DNA of 64,000 nucleotides from the IMG/VR virus record IMGVR_UViG_3300001200_000009; one strand, given 5' to 3'. Below are positions 47,174-56,459 of this stretch, piece by piece. Below the pieces are notes generated by a model. It saw only the letters and a program-made list of their open reading frames with translations, was not told where the DNA came from and searched no databases. Source of the stretch: a virus. The position numbers were made by a program, and so were the translations under genes. Numbering within the stretch: position 1 is the first letter of the stretch; every line of letters starts with the position of its first letter.

Positions 47174-47445
47174 TGGTGGGCGGTGTCAGATTCGAACTGA
47201 CCGCTCTAGAAGCCGTCGTACCTGCGTTAACGGACCATCCCATAATTTAAGTGAGGGGCCATTCAGAGCAAACTCTTCGTGGGTCCTAGACCGTAGCCGT
47301 TTGGCCGGAATTTCTTCCGATTACCTCTATTTCTTTTAGGGGAAGTTAAAGCTCCGGGAGACCCATGATGTGCCTATGCATTCGAGGTTTTACGTTTTCG
47401 CTACCCTGCTACCGAGTCGACGGATTCAAGATAATCTGACCGCCT
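47174..47445 (-). ncRNA. tRNA-Leu(CAG)-like halves separated by a 190-nt structured insert
   Basis: AGGCGGT/ACCGCCC-ACCA, D stem GATT/AATC, GTCG/CGAC, T arm GTCAG-TTCGAAT-CTGAC; joining gives CT-CAG-GT. Confidence 0.55.
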
Positions 47446-47666
47446 CTTATTACTTTAACTTCGCCTAAAAGAAACATATGAGTAAAAGCTCAAAGTTAAC
47501 GATAACCAATCGAAGCTTATTCTCGGGATGGTTAATCCCTACCTTAGCTCTCTGAAACTTTACTAATATGTTTCCTTTATTCTCTATTAGTATAAACTAT
47601 TGAGAATGCTTTGTAAACAAAAAAATCACCACAAAGTGAAAAAGTTTTGTGGTGATTGAATTTAGC

Positions 47667-47762
47667 GAGACAAATCCTAAAGCTGGAGCTTTAATATGTG
47701 GGCATCGAGTTTGACGTCGTAGCCCACGGACGTGTTAGAAGTAAGCGTTTAGATAGCGTCTC
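47667..47762 (-). ncRNA. GCUAU/GAUUU motif RNA, copy C
   Basis: GAGAC/GTCTC, GCTAT/GATTT loop, CTAAA/TTTAG, CGCTTACTTCTA. Confidence 0.7.
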
Positions 47763-47770
47763 TATGGGGG

Positions 47771-47962
47771 TTATGAACAGGTCTTTACAGTCCCGTCAGG
47801 ATTATACATTACGCTAGCTCCATTACGAAACTGAACGTACTTGACGCCTTCAACGCAGTGATATGATTCACCAGTTACGCTAGCATCGATTGAAGCTCCT
47901 ACACCGCAACCAGATAATAGCAATGCTGAGCCAATCATGGCCGCTGTTAGTAATTTTTTCAT
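47771..47962 (-). CDS. Small lipoprotein
   Basis: Lipobox LSGC. Confidence 0.7.
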   Translation of the reverse strand: MKKLLTAAMIGSALLLSGCGVGASIDASVTGESYHCVEGVKYVQFRNGASVMYNPDGTVKTCS

Positions 47963-47964
47963 GA

Positions 47965-50139
47965 TTAGTCCTCAATATGGTCGATGTATTTATCCATGAA
48001 CTCATCGACGTTAGTGTCAAAGTCGAATACTACATCTGCATTCGAACGCTCATCTACTTGCTGTGAACCGCTTCCAAGTACTACCATTTCAGCAATCCAA
48101 CCTAGAGTTGGCTTCTTGTCAGGCATTCCAAGGAATAGCTCGGCATATTGCTTAAGGGTTTCGATATTACCCTCAATGTTACGAGAACCTTCACCAGACG
48201 AGTCAAGGTAGATGATTTTCTCATTCACCAAGTCGAAGATGAGTGGCATAACATTCCGAACTGGTTGGTCAAGAACGAACTTGGACTCAACAGTCGCTGG
48301 TTCAAAAAGTTCTCCCGAACCTAGCTTAGCTCGTTTCATGAAGCCTGCAAAGCAATTCATTGTGCTGAATGGCTCTCCAGAATATGAAAGGATTTGTGGA
48401 ACTACATAACGAGCTCCGCCTTTCAGAAACTTCGAAACGTTAAAGTCGATATATTCGGTAGCTCCATTCCAGCCAGACGTAATGTCTCCAGAATGGACAG
48501 CTTCGAATTCGCCGCGAAGATTGGTGTATGACACTTGAACAACTTGGTTCCAGTTCTCGTCGTAAGCTGCCATAGAAAGGTCAACATCACGAGCTTTCGA
48601 CCAGTGGACGAATAAACGAACCACTTCTTTATGGTCAAACGGAATCGCGCTACCTTTTTCGATAGGTGTAGACGAATCGGAGTCTCCACGCTTGTTGTAT
48701 GGAAGAACACGACCAAACAGGTCAGGGTCAATCCAGACTTTACCTAGTGAAGGCATCTTGGCGTATTGAGATAGCAAATGTCCATAAATTCGATTGCAAA
48801 CTGAGTCGCAGATTCGTTGAGCAATTGGAGCTCGATAATCTTCCGCGAACTTTACCGAATTACGAGTGCCCTTAGGAATAAAGAAGCGTTTGTCATCCGA
48901 ATTCCGATTACGGAAGTGGTAATACAATTGCATCAGAACTCGGTTCTTTACGTCTGGCATAATTTCATAGAATGCCGAAAGAACTTTGTCTGGGTCGCTA
49001 GAGTGATGAGTTGCCTCAAATCCAGCTTTCATCATTTCATCGCCAAATTTCGAACCAGTAGCTTTTGGAGGTTTTGGACCTCGAACAAGAGCGTCAAGAT
49101 GGCGAGCAAATAGGGTTGGACGCGACTTCATTAGTTTTGCGTCAAAGGGCTTAGTGCCTTCTAACATACCATGAAGTTGACGATTGAATGTCCATACAGA
49201 CTTAGGCGCGTTACGAAGAACGTGATACGCTTGAGCAGTTTTTGGATAGCGTGATGAACGACGTGGAGATGCAGGATGGATGTTCTCGCCAAGACGTAAG
49301 AACTTCTCACGATGACGAAGCAAATCTTCTTCGATGTTACTCATGCTTTCGAGCAATTCAAACACTAAACGACGTTGAGGCGATTTCAATTTGAATCGAA
49401 CCTTTGTCGACAGCGAAGTGTCAGCCTTGTTGTCGGTTAGATAGGCCGCGATGCGTAGAACATCAACCGCTCCAGACATTTGAGTCTGTAGGATTGCAGA
49501 AATTCGAGGGACTGGCCACTTCGAATCGAACAAGAGACCAGCAACAATCGGCAAGTTCTCTTTGTAGATTAGGCCTTTGATATCGGCCGCCCCAATTTTA
49601 TCAAGCGTATCGCGAACTAGAATTTTTTCTTTGCGCGATAGCGATGTTTGGGAATTCAACTTTTCGTTGATAACTTTCGCCATATCGTCTTCAGTAAAGA
49701 AGGTAAGGACCTTAAGGTCTACTGGCTCGTTGAAGGTAATTCCAGAGCTTGGAGGTACGACACCACGGTCTGACACGAATGTCCACTTGTTAGTTTGGGT
49801 ATTGAAGCCCATTCCAATACCTAGTCCAAGACCATAAGTCTCGGTAAGCGCGTACGAATACATGTCTGGAATATCGTTGGGGAAAGTTGGGAATAGAATA
49901 TTGTGGGCTACATCAGCACCAGTTAATTCTTTGGCAGTCTCAACAAAGTTAGCGTAGAACGAAAGTAGTTGAGATTGGTCTGATAGGAACAATGCGGAAA
50001 TCAGCTTTCCGTCTGGCTTATAGCCAAATTCGACCATCTGAGATACGATAGCACCAATCAAGCCTGTATTGCTTTTGTCGTAGACCTTTAAGGCTGGAAT
50101 AAAGAATACTCCGCCTAGTAGCGAAATCGTATTTTTCAT
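47965..50139 (-). CDS. Large Ter-system-type protein: alpha-helical N-region plus C-terminal TerD-like domain
   Basis: RPTLFARHLDALVR; FVHW..DVDLS..HSGDITS..ATEYIDF TerD-like motifs. Confidence 0.65.
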   Translation of the reverse strand: MKNTISLLGGVFFIPALKVYDKSNTGLIGAIVSQMVEFGYKPDGKLISALFLSDQSQLLSFYANFVETAKELTGADVAHNILFPTFPNDIPDMYSYALTETYGLGLGIGMGFNTQTNKWTFVSDRGVVPPSSGITFNEPVDLKVLTFFTEDDMAKVINEKLNSQTSLSRKEKILVRDTLDKIGAADIKGLIYKENLPIVAGLLFDSKWPVPRISAILQTQMSGAVDVLRIAAYLTDNKADTSLSTKVRFKLKSPQRRLVFELLESMSNIEEDLLRHREKFLRLGENIHPASPRRSSRYPKTAQAYHVLRNAPKSVWTFNRQLHGMLEGTKPFDAKLMKSRPTLFARHLDALVRGPKPPKATGSKFGDEMMKAGFEATHHSSDPDKVLSAFYEIMPDVKNRVLMQLYYHFRNRNSDDKRFFIPKGTRNSVKFAEDYRAPIAQRICDSVCNRIYGHLLSQYAKMPSLGKVWIDPDLFGRVLPYNKRGDSDSSTPIEKGSAIPFDHKEVVRLFVHWSKARDVDLSMAAYDENWNQVVQVSYTNLRGEFEAVHSGDITSGWNGATEYIDFNVSKFLKGGARYVVPQILSYSGEPFSTMNCFAGFMKRAKLGSGELFEPATVESKFVLDQPVRNVMPLIFDLVNEKIIYLDSSGEGSRNIEGNIETLKQYAELFLGMPDKKPTLGWIAEMVVLGSGSQQVDERSNADVVFDFDTNVDEFMDKYIDHIED

Positions 50140-50162
50140 GATAATCTCCATCATAATATTAA

Positions 50163-50230
50163 AGCGTCAAATCCTAAAACTGAGTTTTTTCAGAATAAAA
50201 GTTAGAAGGAAGTGTTTAGATAGCGACGCT
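50163..50230 (-). ncRNA. GCUAU/GAUUU motif RNA, copy D (5' leader of the TerD-like gene)
   Basis: AGCGTC/GACGCT, GCTAT/GATTT, CTAAA/TTTAG; early promoter 50271-50276. Confidence 0.7.
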
Positions 50231-50294
50231 ATTCTGTATTTGAGATTATAATATCATACCGGTCTGGCATGTAAACGATTAAATTCATTTTTGG

Positions 50295-50372
50295 TTAAAA
50301 TAGTTTGATAAGCGCTGTGTTGTTCAGAACTCGTCTAGCACGTCTACGACGGCGTCTCATAAGTGTTGACAT
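50295..50372 (-). CDS. 25-aa arginine-rich peptide MSTLMRRRRRRARRVLNNTALIKLF
   Basis: AAGGAG SD 5 nt before ATG; fills the gap between genes. Confidence 0.6.
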   Translation of the reverse strand: MSTLMRRRRRRARRVLNNTALIKLF

Positions 50373-50472
50373 TGATTACTCCTTTTAGTCAATAGAGTAA
50401 TAATTTATCACAATTATGAGTGAAAGTGAATATCCATTTGGGTATAGCTCATATGACCAAATGGACTAGCTC

Positions 50473-50832
50473 TTATTTCTGTATTAGAATTGCGTTAGTT
50501 CCGTTTTTAGAGACCACGTATGACCCTGCTAAAATGGTTACAGCGCTTGGAGCAAAATCTGGGTCAACTGCCCCAGACGAATATGAAGTAATACCCGCGC
50601 CTGTAGCTCCAATTGCAGACTGCAAATCGCCAACAGTCTCTAAACCATTGGTGTTAAAGGCAATTACATTGTTTGGATGAGCTCCTAGAAATTGAGTTGC
50701 AGTCTGACCACCTGGCAAATTCAAATTTCCAAAATTAGAAATTTGAGGCTGGACTGCATTTACTGTTTGTCCCTCTGGAGCCGCAGTAGTCGGAGCTGTA
50801 AAGAATCCTGAGTTAAAGAAAAAATTAGACAT
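50473..50832 (-). CDS. Late hypothetical protein (Gly/Ala/Thr-rich)
   Basis: Coupled to 50832-51152. Confidence 0.65.
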   Translation of the reverse strand: MSNFFFNSGFFTAPTTAAPEGQTVNAVQPQISNFGNLNLPGGQTATQFLGAHPNNVIAFNTNGLETVGDLQSAIGATGAGITSYSSGAVDPDFAPSAVTILAGSYVVSKNGTNAILIQK

Positions 50833-51152
50833 TAGTAAAGCAGTTCTGCATCTACCGCGCCAGCAGTTGACACTAATCTAATTGCCGAAACTTTTGCAGG
50901 AATAACGTCCATTGAATTTACGGTTACGTCTCCTTTACCCCAAGGTAACCAAACTGCAGTATCTGCAGCGATTTTTTCCGGGCTAGAAATTGTAAATTCA
51001 ATTCTTCCAGTAGCAGCTGTGGCTGGATAAACCCCAACTGAGACGTAGCTTAATTGATTTTCTTGAAATTGCCAAGGCTCTGATGTCCCTGGAGCGGCTA
51101 AGTCGATAGTTACATATCTATTACCGCTAGATTGGCTTGTTGTAATTGGCAT
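50832..51152 (-). CDS. Late hypothetical beta-rich protein
   Basis: TATAAATA at about 51172-51179. Confidence 0.65.
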   Translation of the reverse strand: MPITTSQSSGNRYVTIDLAAPGTSEPWQFQENQLSYVSVGVYPATAATGRIEFTISSPEKIAADTAVWLPWGKGDVTVNSMDVIPAKVSAIRLVSTAGAVDAELLY

Positions 51153-51189
51153 TGGTACCCCTTAAAGGGATATTTATACCCTGTTATTA

Positions 51190-51522
51190 CTAGTTGGCCA
51201 ATGTTATGACTCTATCCAGCCCAATCGCAATTTCTGCTACTAAAGTTTCTGGTTTATAGTCTGTTCGAATAGAGCACGAAGCCATTTCCATGACTGTTTT
51301 TGGATGTTCAAACTTGAGTTGCTCCTCCCATGATACTGCCGAAACAGCTCTGGCAGCTGGAATACCACCATCGTTCATGTGGAGAGGAGCAAGCTCGCCT
51401 AAAAATGTAAGAGATGGGTCTTCGAGATTTACAAGACCAAATGAAATCATATTGTAGTCGAGAGGATGAGGTCCATCCGATTCAACGTCAAGTACGAAAT
51501 GTCGAGACCAATCTTGCGGCAT
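51190..51522 (-). pseudogene. Truncated DnaQ-like 3'-5' exonuclease
   Basis: ExoI motif LDVESDGP..MISFG; ExoII/III motifs not seen. Confidence 0.5.
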
Positions 51523-51801
51523 TAGACTGTTTTAGCTGTCGTGCCGTAGAAATTATCTAGGCGTTTGGAAAAAGCTTCAACGTCAGCGCTAAGAGCGTTA
51601 AGGTCGAACCGGTCGTTTTCAAGGTCAGCTTCTAAGCGAAGAAGGTCTGATTGGAGGTCTTCATAAGTATCAGTTTGCATTGTATAGTCCTAATAAGAGT
51701 GAAAGATGAGATGAGCAGAGGCTCCTCTATGATGGATATGACCGCGAGGGAATCCCATATAACCCATCAAGGCGTGCTCATCTCTTATTATGGACTATAT
51801 A

Positions 51802-52278
51802 CTATTCGGTAAGGTTTGTAAACTGATAATTTTCAAAAAGGTGAAATAATCTGTTCTCTATTTTACAGACTTCGAGGGCAAGGTCTCTTAGTTCGACGGC
51901 TCGATTGTCTGAATCATGGGTGTTGTCTACATAGTGGGCTATCTCGTGTATGAACCCGTAATCGCCAAGAACTTCGTCTACCGTCAGTACTCCAGACTTG
52001 AGGCCAATAAACCCAAGAAATGTTGCAGCATGAAGAGCCTTATCGATTTCGTCGTCTAGCAGATATCTCCACACGCAAATGGGTTTAAACGAATCTTTGG
52101 CTCCATATCCATCGTACTTTTCATCAAGCCCTCTTTTCTCTATCATCTCTTCGACATCTTCGTCGTTTGAAACGAATCCAGACCCAAACCAATGAGTGTC
52201 TCCTCTAGCGTCAACTTGAGGGTATTTGCAGATGTGATACTTAGCTGACATCGAATTCCTCAAAGCTTCGCTTATCAT
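51802..52278 (-). CDS. Hypothetical protein
   Basis: 158-aa ORF. Confidence 0.6.
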   Translation of the reverse strand: MISEALRNSMSAKYHICKYPQVDARGDTHWFGSGFVSNDEDVEEMIEKRGLDEKYDGYGAKDSFKPICVWRYLLDDEIDKALHAATFLGFIGLKSGVLTVDEVLGDYGFIHEIAHYVDNTHDSDNRAVELRDLALEVCKIENRLFHLFENYQFTNLTE

Positions 52279-53992
52279 TTTCAGACTTGAATTCGTTCTC
52301 TACCTCGGCTAAAACTCCTTGTGCAGAGTCAAGTTCATAGAGTCGCATGGTAGGTTTGTCGACCCCAATCATGAACCTCAATTTCTCGTTCATGTCTTTG
52401 TATCTATTTTTCAGCTGCTTACAGAGATACTGGCCTTGCGCCGCGAGTTCTTCGGTTTGCATAACCGCAAGGAAAAAGTCAGACGTGGCCGGTAGTCCGA
52501 ACGATTCGGATGTATTGGCCAAATCGATATCGCTGTTGTTGTAACCATCACGGTTTGTCTGAGTGGCTGACACGATTGGAAGCCAGAATTCAACACCAAG
52601 TCCGCGAAGTTCTTCGGCAATAGATTTTACCATCTCGTACGTGGACGCTCCAGCGCGTAGGCGCGTAGATGACATAAGGTTAAGGTAGTCCACAAATATG
52701 ATTTTTGGAACGAAGTTTTTCTTGAGCTTCAAATCCTGTAGGAGAGCTCGAAAGTGATTGACTCCAGCGGCGCCAGCTGGATATTGTTTGATGATAAGGT
52801 CACCATTGGTCTTGGACTGGAGGCCTCCAACCTTGTGGGTAAGCGCTTCGATTTCATGGTCATCAAAATCGTTGAGGTTAATTCCCAATAGGTTTGCATC
52901 GATACGCTGGGCGATTTTGTGTTCAGCCATCTCAAGAGTAATGTAAAGGACATCATGTCCCATCGATAAAGCGGCGGCAGCCATGTGGGACATGATTAGG
53001 GATTTACCAACCCCAGTATTATGAGAGACAATACCATCAGTGTAGTATTTTTTTGACTCGCCTTCGATGCGAACATCGACAATCGGAATTTCTTCGCCAG
53101 TTTTATGGACTGTCGTCTTAGACCAGCCAGCAATAGTCATCACATGCATTTCGCCAAGCATTTCGATAGTCTGTGCCGATTGCCAGCCTGTCGTTGTCAT
53201 GACCAAATGGTCTTTGTTGCATGAGAGTTGAATACCATTGGCCGTAGTCATGACATATTCTTCATAACGACCAAGCTCGAGATATTCTTCAACGAGCTTG
53301 AACCCGTCTGGTCCTTCGACACGAACTTCATATCCGTTTTCTATGAAGGTGGGAACTTCGGCAATGATAGCAACAAATGGGTCTTCATCGTTGAGTTTGA
53401 TTTTGACCTTCGTAATTGGCGAAACGCATGAAGCCATAATGACATTCAATGAACCGGGCTCGAACCCGCCACCAGTAATTTTATTGAAGACTTCGAGGTC
53501 GAATGGTAGTTTATCCACCTGTTCTCTTAGCATTTTGAAGCGCTCTTCGGCGTCTTTAAAGTAATCATGTCCGATTGAAGCATCGAAGGTTACGCCGAGC
53601 GCGTCTTGAAGCAGTCCTGGAATGGAACCCTTCGAACGCTTAGTGTCTTTACCAAGAATGATATTGTAGGATTGGGCAATCGCAATTTCGATGGCTCGTG
53701 ATTGGCACCACGATTCGGTCTTGTCCATAATCCAATCGGCATCGGAAGTTACGTCAATAGTGAACACATCATGCAGAATGCTTGTGTCAGCGCCTACTTC
53801 TTCAAGTTCAATTCTAAGGGCGTTTTGCGATGGGAGTGCATTGAATTTCTGAACATAGTCGACGACACGCTCAAAGGTGTCTCTTGCTTCATTGTTAAAA
53901 TATGATTTGCGAATAAATGGGATGACTTTTCGCATATAGTCATCGTTTCTTAGCAAATTCGCTAAGATGGTAATCTCTAGGTTGTCTGTCAT
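52241..53992 (-). CDS. 41: Replicative DNA helicase (T4 gp41-like) with a mini-intein
   Basis: Spliced Walker A MAS|TGVGKS, ITLEMAE, IFVDYL, SATQTNR, QLKNRY. Confidence 0.93.
   Translation of the reverse strand: MTDNLEITILANLLRNDDYMRKVIPFIRKSYFNNEARDTFERVVDYVQKFNALPSQNALRIELEEVGADTSILHDVFTIDVTSDADWIMDKTESWCQSRAIEIAIAQSYNIILGKDTKRSKGSIPGLLQDALGVTFDASIGHDYFKDAEERFKMLREQVDKLPFDLEVFNKITGGGFEPGSLNVIMASCVSPITKVKIKLNDEDPFVAIIAEVPTFIENGYEVRVEGPDGFKLVEEYLELGRYEEYVMTTANGIQLSCNKDHLVMTTTGWQSAQTIEMLGEMHVMTIAGWSKTTVHKTGEEIPIVDVRIEGESKKYYTDGIVSHNTGVGKSLIMSHMAAAALSMGHDVLYITLEMAEHKIAQRIDANLLGINLNDFDDHEIEALTHKVGGLQSKTNGDLIIKQYPAGAAGVNHFRALLQDLKLKKNFVPKIIFVDYLNLMSSTRLRAGASTYEMVKSIAEELRGLGVEFWLPIVSATQTNRDGYNNSDIDLANTSESFGLPATSDFFLAVMQTEELAAQGQYLCKQLKNRYKDMNEKLRFMIGVDKPTMRLYELDSAQGVLAEVENEFKSENDKRSFEEFDVS
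53018..53428 (-). mobile_element. 137-aa mini-intein (no endonuclease)
   Basis: Starts CVSPIT, block B SCNKDH, ends VSHN before Thr. Confidence 0.9.
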
Positions 53993-54026
53993 GTTATATT
54001 ATATCATTGTTGGACGCGAATGTAAA

Positions 54027-54317
54027 CTAAGAAGATAGAGTAAAGAACTCTTCGGTTAGAATTTCGCGTAGGACCCGTTCGAAGTCAGCTATGTCGGTAA
54101 CTTCGCCATAAGGGTCTTCTAGGATATTGTAGGTGAACGTAAGGTCTGGCCTTCGTAGCAGCCTCTTCTTAAGCTGAAGAGTGTCATAACGGAATACTAC
54201 CGAGCTGTATTTGCCCGATAGTATTCTAATGTTGTAATGATGGTCTGTGTAAGAAGGCTCTAGAATATAGTCTTCTTTAGCTTTCATCTTCTGCCTCGGC
54301 AGCTTCCATGATTTCAC
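54027..54317 (-). CDS. Hypothetical protein in the T4 gp40 position
   Basis: Lies between uvsX and 41. Confidence 0.5.
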   Translation of the reverse strand: MKSWKLPRQKMKAKEDYILEPSYTDHHYNIRILSGKYSSVVFRYDTLQLKKRLLRRPDLTFTYNILEDPYGEVTDIADFERVLREILTEEFFTLSS

Positions 54318-55386
54318 GAGCAGCCATTAAAGCTTTTGAGTCAAGTTTGAATTTACGCTTGATAGCCTCATTGAAATCCGTGTCACGGAAGATGTCTTCC
54401 CAAAACTCTGGATTTTCAGTTGCTGAACGACGGAAGTTTTTACCATTCGGATGGTCCGAGTCTAGTACTTCTCCGGTCTCCATGTCGACCTTACAGAACC
54501 AGCCGTTTTTAGGCTTAGCGCAGTAGCCAAGTTCGAGTGCGATATCCAACAGCCCTGAATGGGTCATTACACCGCCATCAAAGGTAACGATAATCGGAAT
54601 TTTAACTTTCTCTTTGATGTAACGTGACTTCTCGAGACGAATGTTAAAGCTATAACCAGCGACCAGGTCTGTAGACTTGGTGTCATCTTTGATTTGTGAA
54701 CGTGTGATATTCCAAATGATGTCAGGCGAGAATGTAGCTTTCTTACCACCACCAATATTTAGGCTGTAGGAGTTTCCTGGACCGTCATAAGCATGGTTGA
54801 TAATCCACATTGGGATGCCGAAATTTTTGACGTAAGGCGTAATCGAACGGAACCATGAAGTTACGGCTTTAGCACGACGACCGGCATCTGCTTTCAATTC
54901 ACCATTTTCTCCGGCAGTTACTTCTTCTTTAGACGCAAGGTTACCAAGCGAGTCGACTCCAACGAAGATATTGTCTTCCGCGAAGTTGAGCTTTGTAAAG
55001 ATAGACATCGATTCAAGATGAAGCTCTTCGACATTCATGACTGGAATATGGAAGAATCGTGTCTTGTCGATTCCTGCATTGTCCAGCATCTCTTCGGTCG
55101 CGCCGTTTTCTGAGTCAAAGAATACAAAAATAGCTTCCGGATATTCACGTTGCCAAGCAGCACCGGCCATAAGAAGGAAGTTAGTCTTAAATGTACGAGA
55201 GTCACCAACAAGCATTACCATATCGGTACCTACTCCACCTTCAAGGGCATCGCCTCTTAAGGCAATATTGAGTTCAGGAGAGTCAGTGACGGCGACTCCT
55301 TCACGTCTTACGATTTTTGCTTCGCCAAATGCTCCACCACGGGAGTTCTTATGCGAAGCTTTTTTGAGTCTGCTAATTGCTGACAT
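54277..55386 (-). CDS. uvsX: RecA-like recombinase UvsX
   Basis: GDSRTFKTN, FFDSENG, DSLGNLASKEE, KSRYIKEK. Confidence 0.93.
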   Translation of the reverse strand: MSAISRLKKASHKNSRGGAFGEAKIVRREGVAVTDSPELNIALRGDALEGGVGTDMVMLVGDSRTFKTNFLLMAGAAWQREYPEAIFVFFDSENGATEEMLDNAGIDKTRFFHIPVMNVEELHLESMSIFTKLNFAEDNIFVGVDSLGNLASKEEVTAGENGELKADAGRRAKAVTSWFRSITPYVKNFGIPMWIINHAYDGPGNSYSLNIGGGKKATFSPDIIWNITRSQIKDDTKSTDLVAGYSFNIRLEKSRYIKEKVKIPIIVTFDGGVMTHSGLLDIALELGYCAKPKNGWFCKVDMETGEVLDSDHPNGKNFRRSATENPEFWEDIFRDTDFNEAIKRKFKLDSKALMAAREIMEAAEAEDES

Positions 55387-55388
55387 TA

Positions 55389-56459
55389 TTACTCCAAAAA
55401 TGCAGAAAGGTCATTTGCTTTAGGCTCACCTGTCCAATAAGGATATGCAGCACGCGCTAAATGAACGCTTCTTGGTTTTTCCATATATTCGAAGGACAAT
55501 TCCTTCTTCTCATTGATATAGTGTTCCCATGGATTCACAAACTTTATCCGTGGGTTATTCGCTGCGGCATTCTCAAGCGCTTGGTTGAAAACGTCTTTAA
55601 TATGATTTCGTTCTTCCCATGTGCCCCAATATGGTTCACCTTCGTAATAGCCAGATTTAGGCAATTTACGGGATACGTCTTCAATAGGAAGAGCTGCAAT
55701 GAGTGTTACATTGCAATCTTGTTCTTCGATAATTTGAGCCGCTAGTTTTGCATAGGCTTGAGTCAGCTTTAAAGTCTTGACTGTTCGTTCGTCTTTCGAC
55801 TTCGTATCTCGAGCTAAGTGGTGCCGAATGTCGATATTGCCAAAATAGAGTTCAACTTCTTGGATAGGCGCACATGATTTTTCACGATACTCTTTGACAA
55901 GCTCGGACAAATTCTTTGAATTGTCCTTCATAGAACCAAATAGAGTACGGAATGGAACTTGCCATACAGTCCAACCAGGTCGATAGAGAGATATTGAGTG
56001 CGAATCACCAAGGACCAGTTTGTTCTTTGCGAATGGGGTCCAAGGCTCGGGAATGGTTTTCATTGTTCGAATAGACTCCCAATTTTCATAGTCTATTCCA
56101 GCAAGGTTGGGATGATTTTGGTCGCCTTTGGCGCGGTCTAATAATTGACCGACATAGTCAGGCATCTTCATCTCAAGAGAGATGATATTGTCAGGGTCGC
56201 AACGCGACAAAGAGGCTATTGAATGGGGTTTAAAGGCGGTAATCCCGCCGAATAAATTAAGTCCTCCGCTATAATCGCCATGATAAACAACAACAAGGTC
56301 ATATTCTGTTAACTCCAGTTTTGAGCCCACATCGATGTCGACTTGCGCTTCAGGATAACCCTCACGAAAAACTTCAGCATAAATGTAGGCCTTTGCAGAA
56401 CGATGAGAATAAGGTGATTTGGTAATGCCCTGCATAGGGGCGGTAACTACGATTTTCAT
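55389..56459 (-). CDS. Unknown 356-aa enzyme in the T4 beta-gt position (SGNH-like C-half)
   Basis: VLGDSH, YFGNID, terminal SVH; directly upstream of uvsX. Confidence 0.55.
   Translation of the reverse strand: MKIVVTAPMQGITKSPYSHRSAKAYIYAEVFREGYPEAQVDIDVGSKLELTEYDLVVVYHGDYSGGLNLFGGITAFKPHSIASLSRCDPDNIISLEMKMPDYVGQLLDRAKGDQNHPNLAGIDYENWESIRTMKTIPEPWTPFAKNKLVLGDSHSISLYRPGWTVWQVPFRTLFGSMKDNSKNLSELVKEYREKSCAPIQEVELYFGNIDIRHHLARDTKSKDERTVKTLKLTQAYAKLAAQIIEEQDCNVTLIAALPIEDVSRKLPKSGYYEGEPYWGTWEERNHIKDVFNQALENAAANNPRIKFVNPWEHYINEKKELSFEYMEKPRSVHLARAAYPYWTGEPKANDLSAFLE

Noticed and set aside
47174-47445. tmRNA gene
   Set aside because: No G3:U70, a D stem is present, and there is no ANDxxxALAA-like tag frame.
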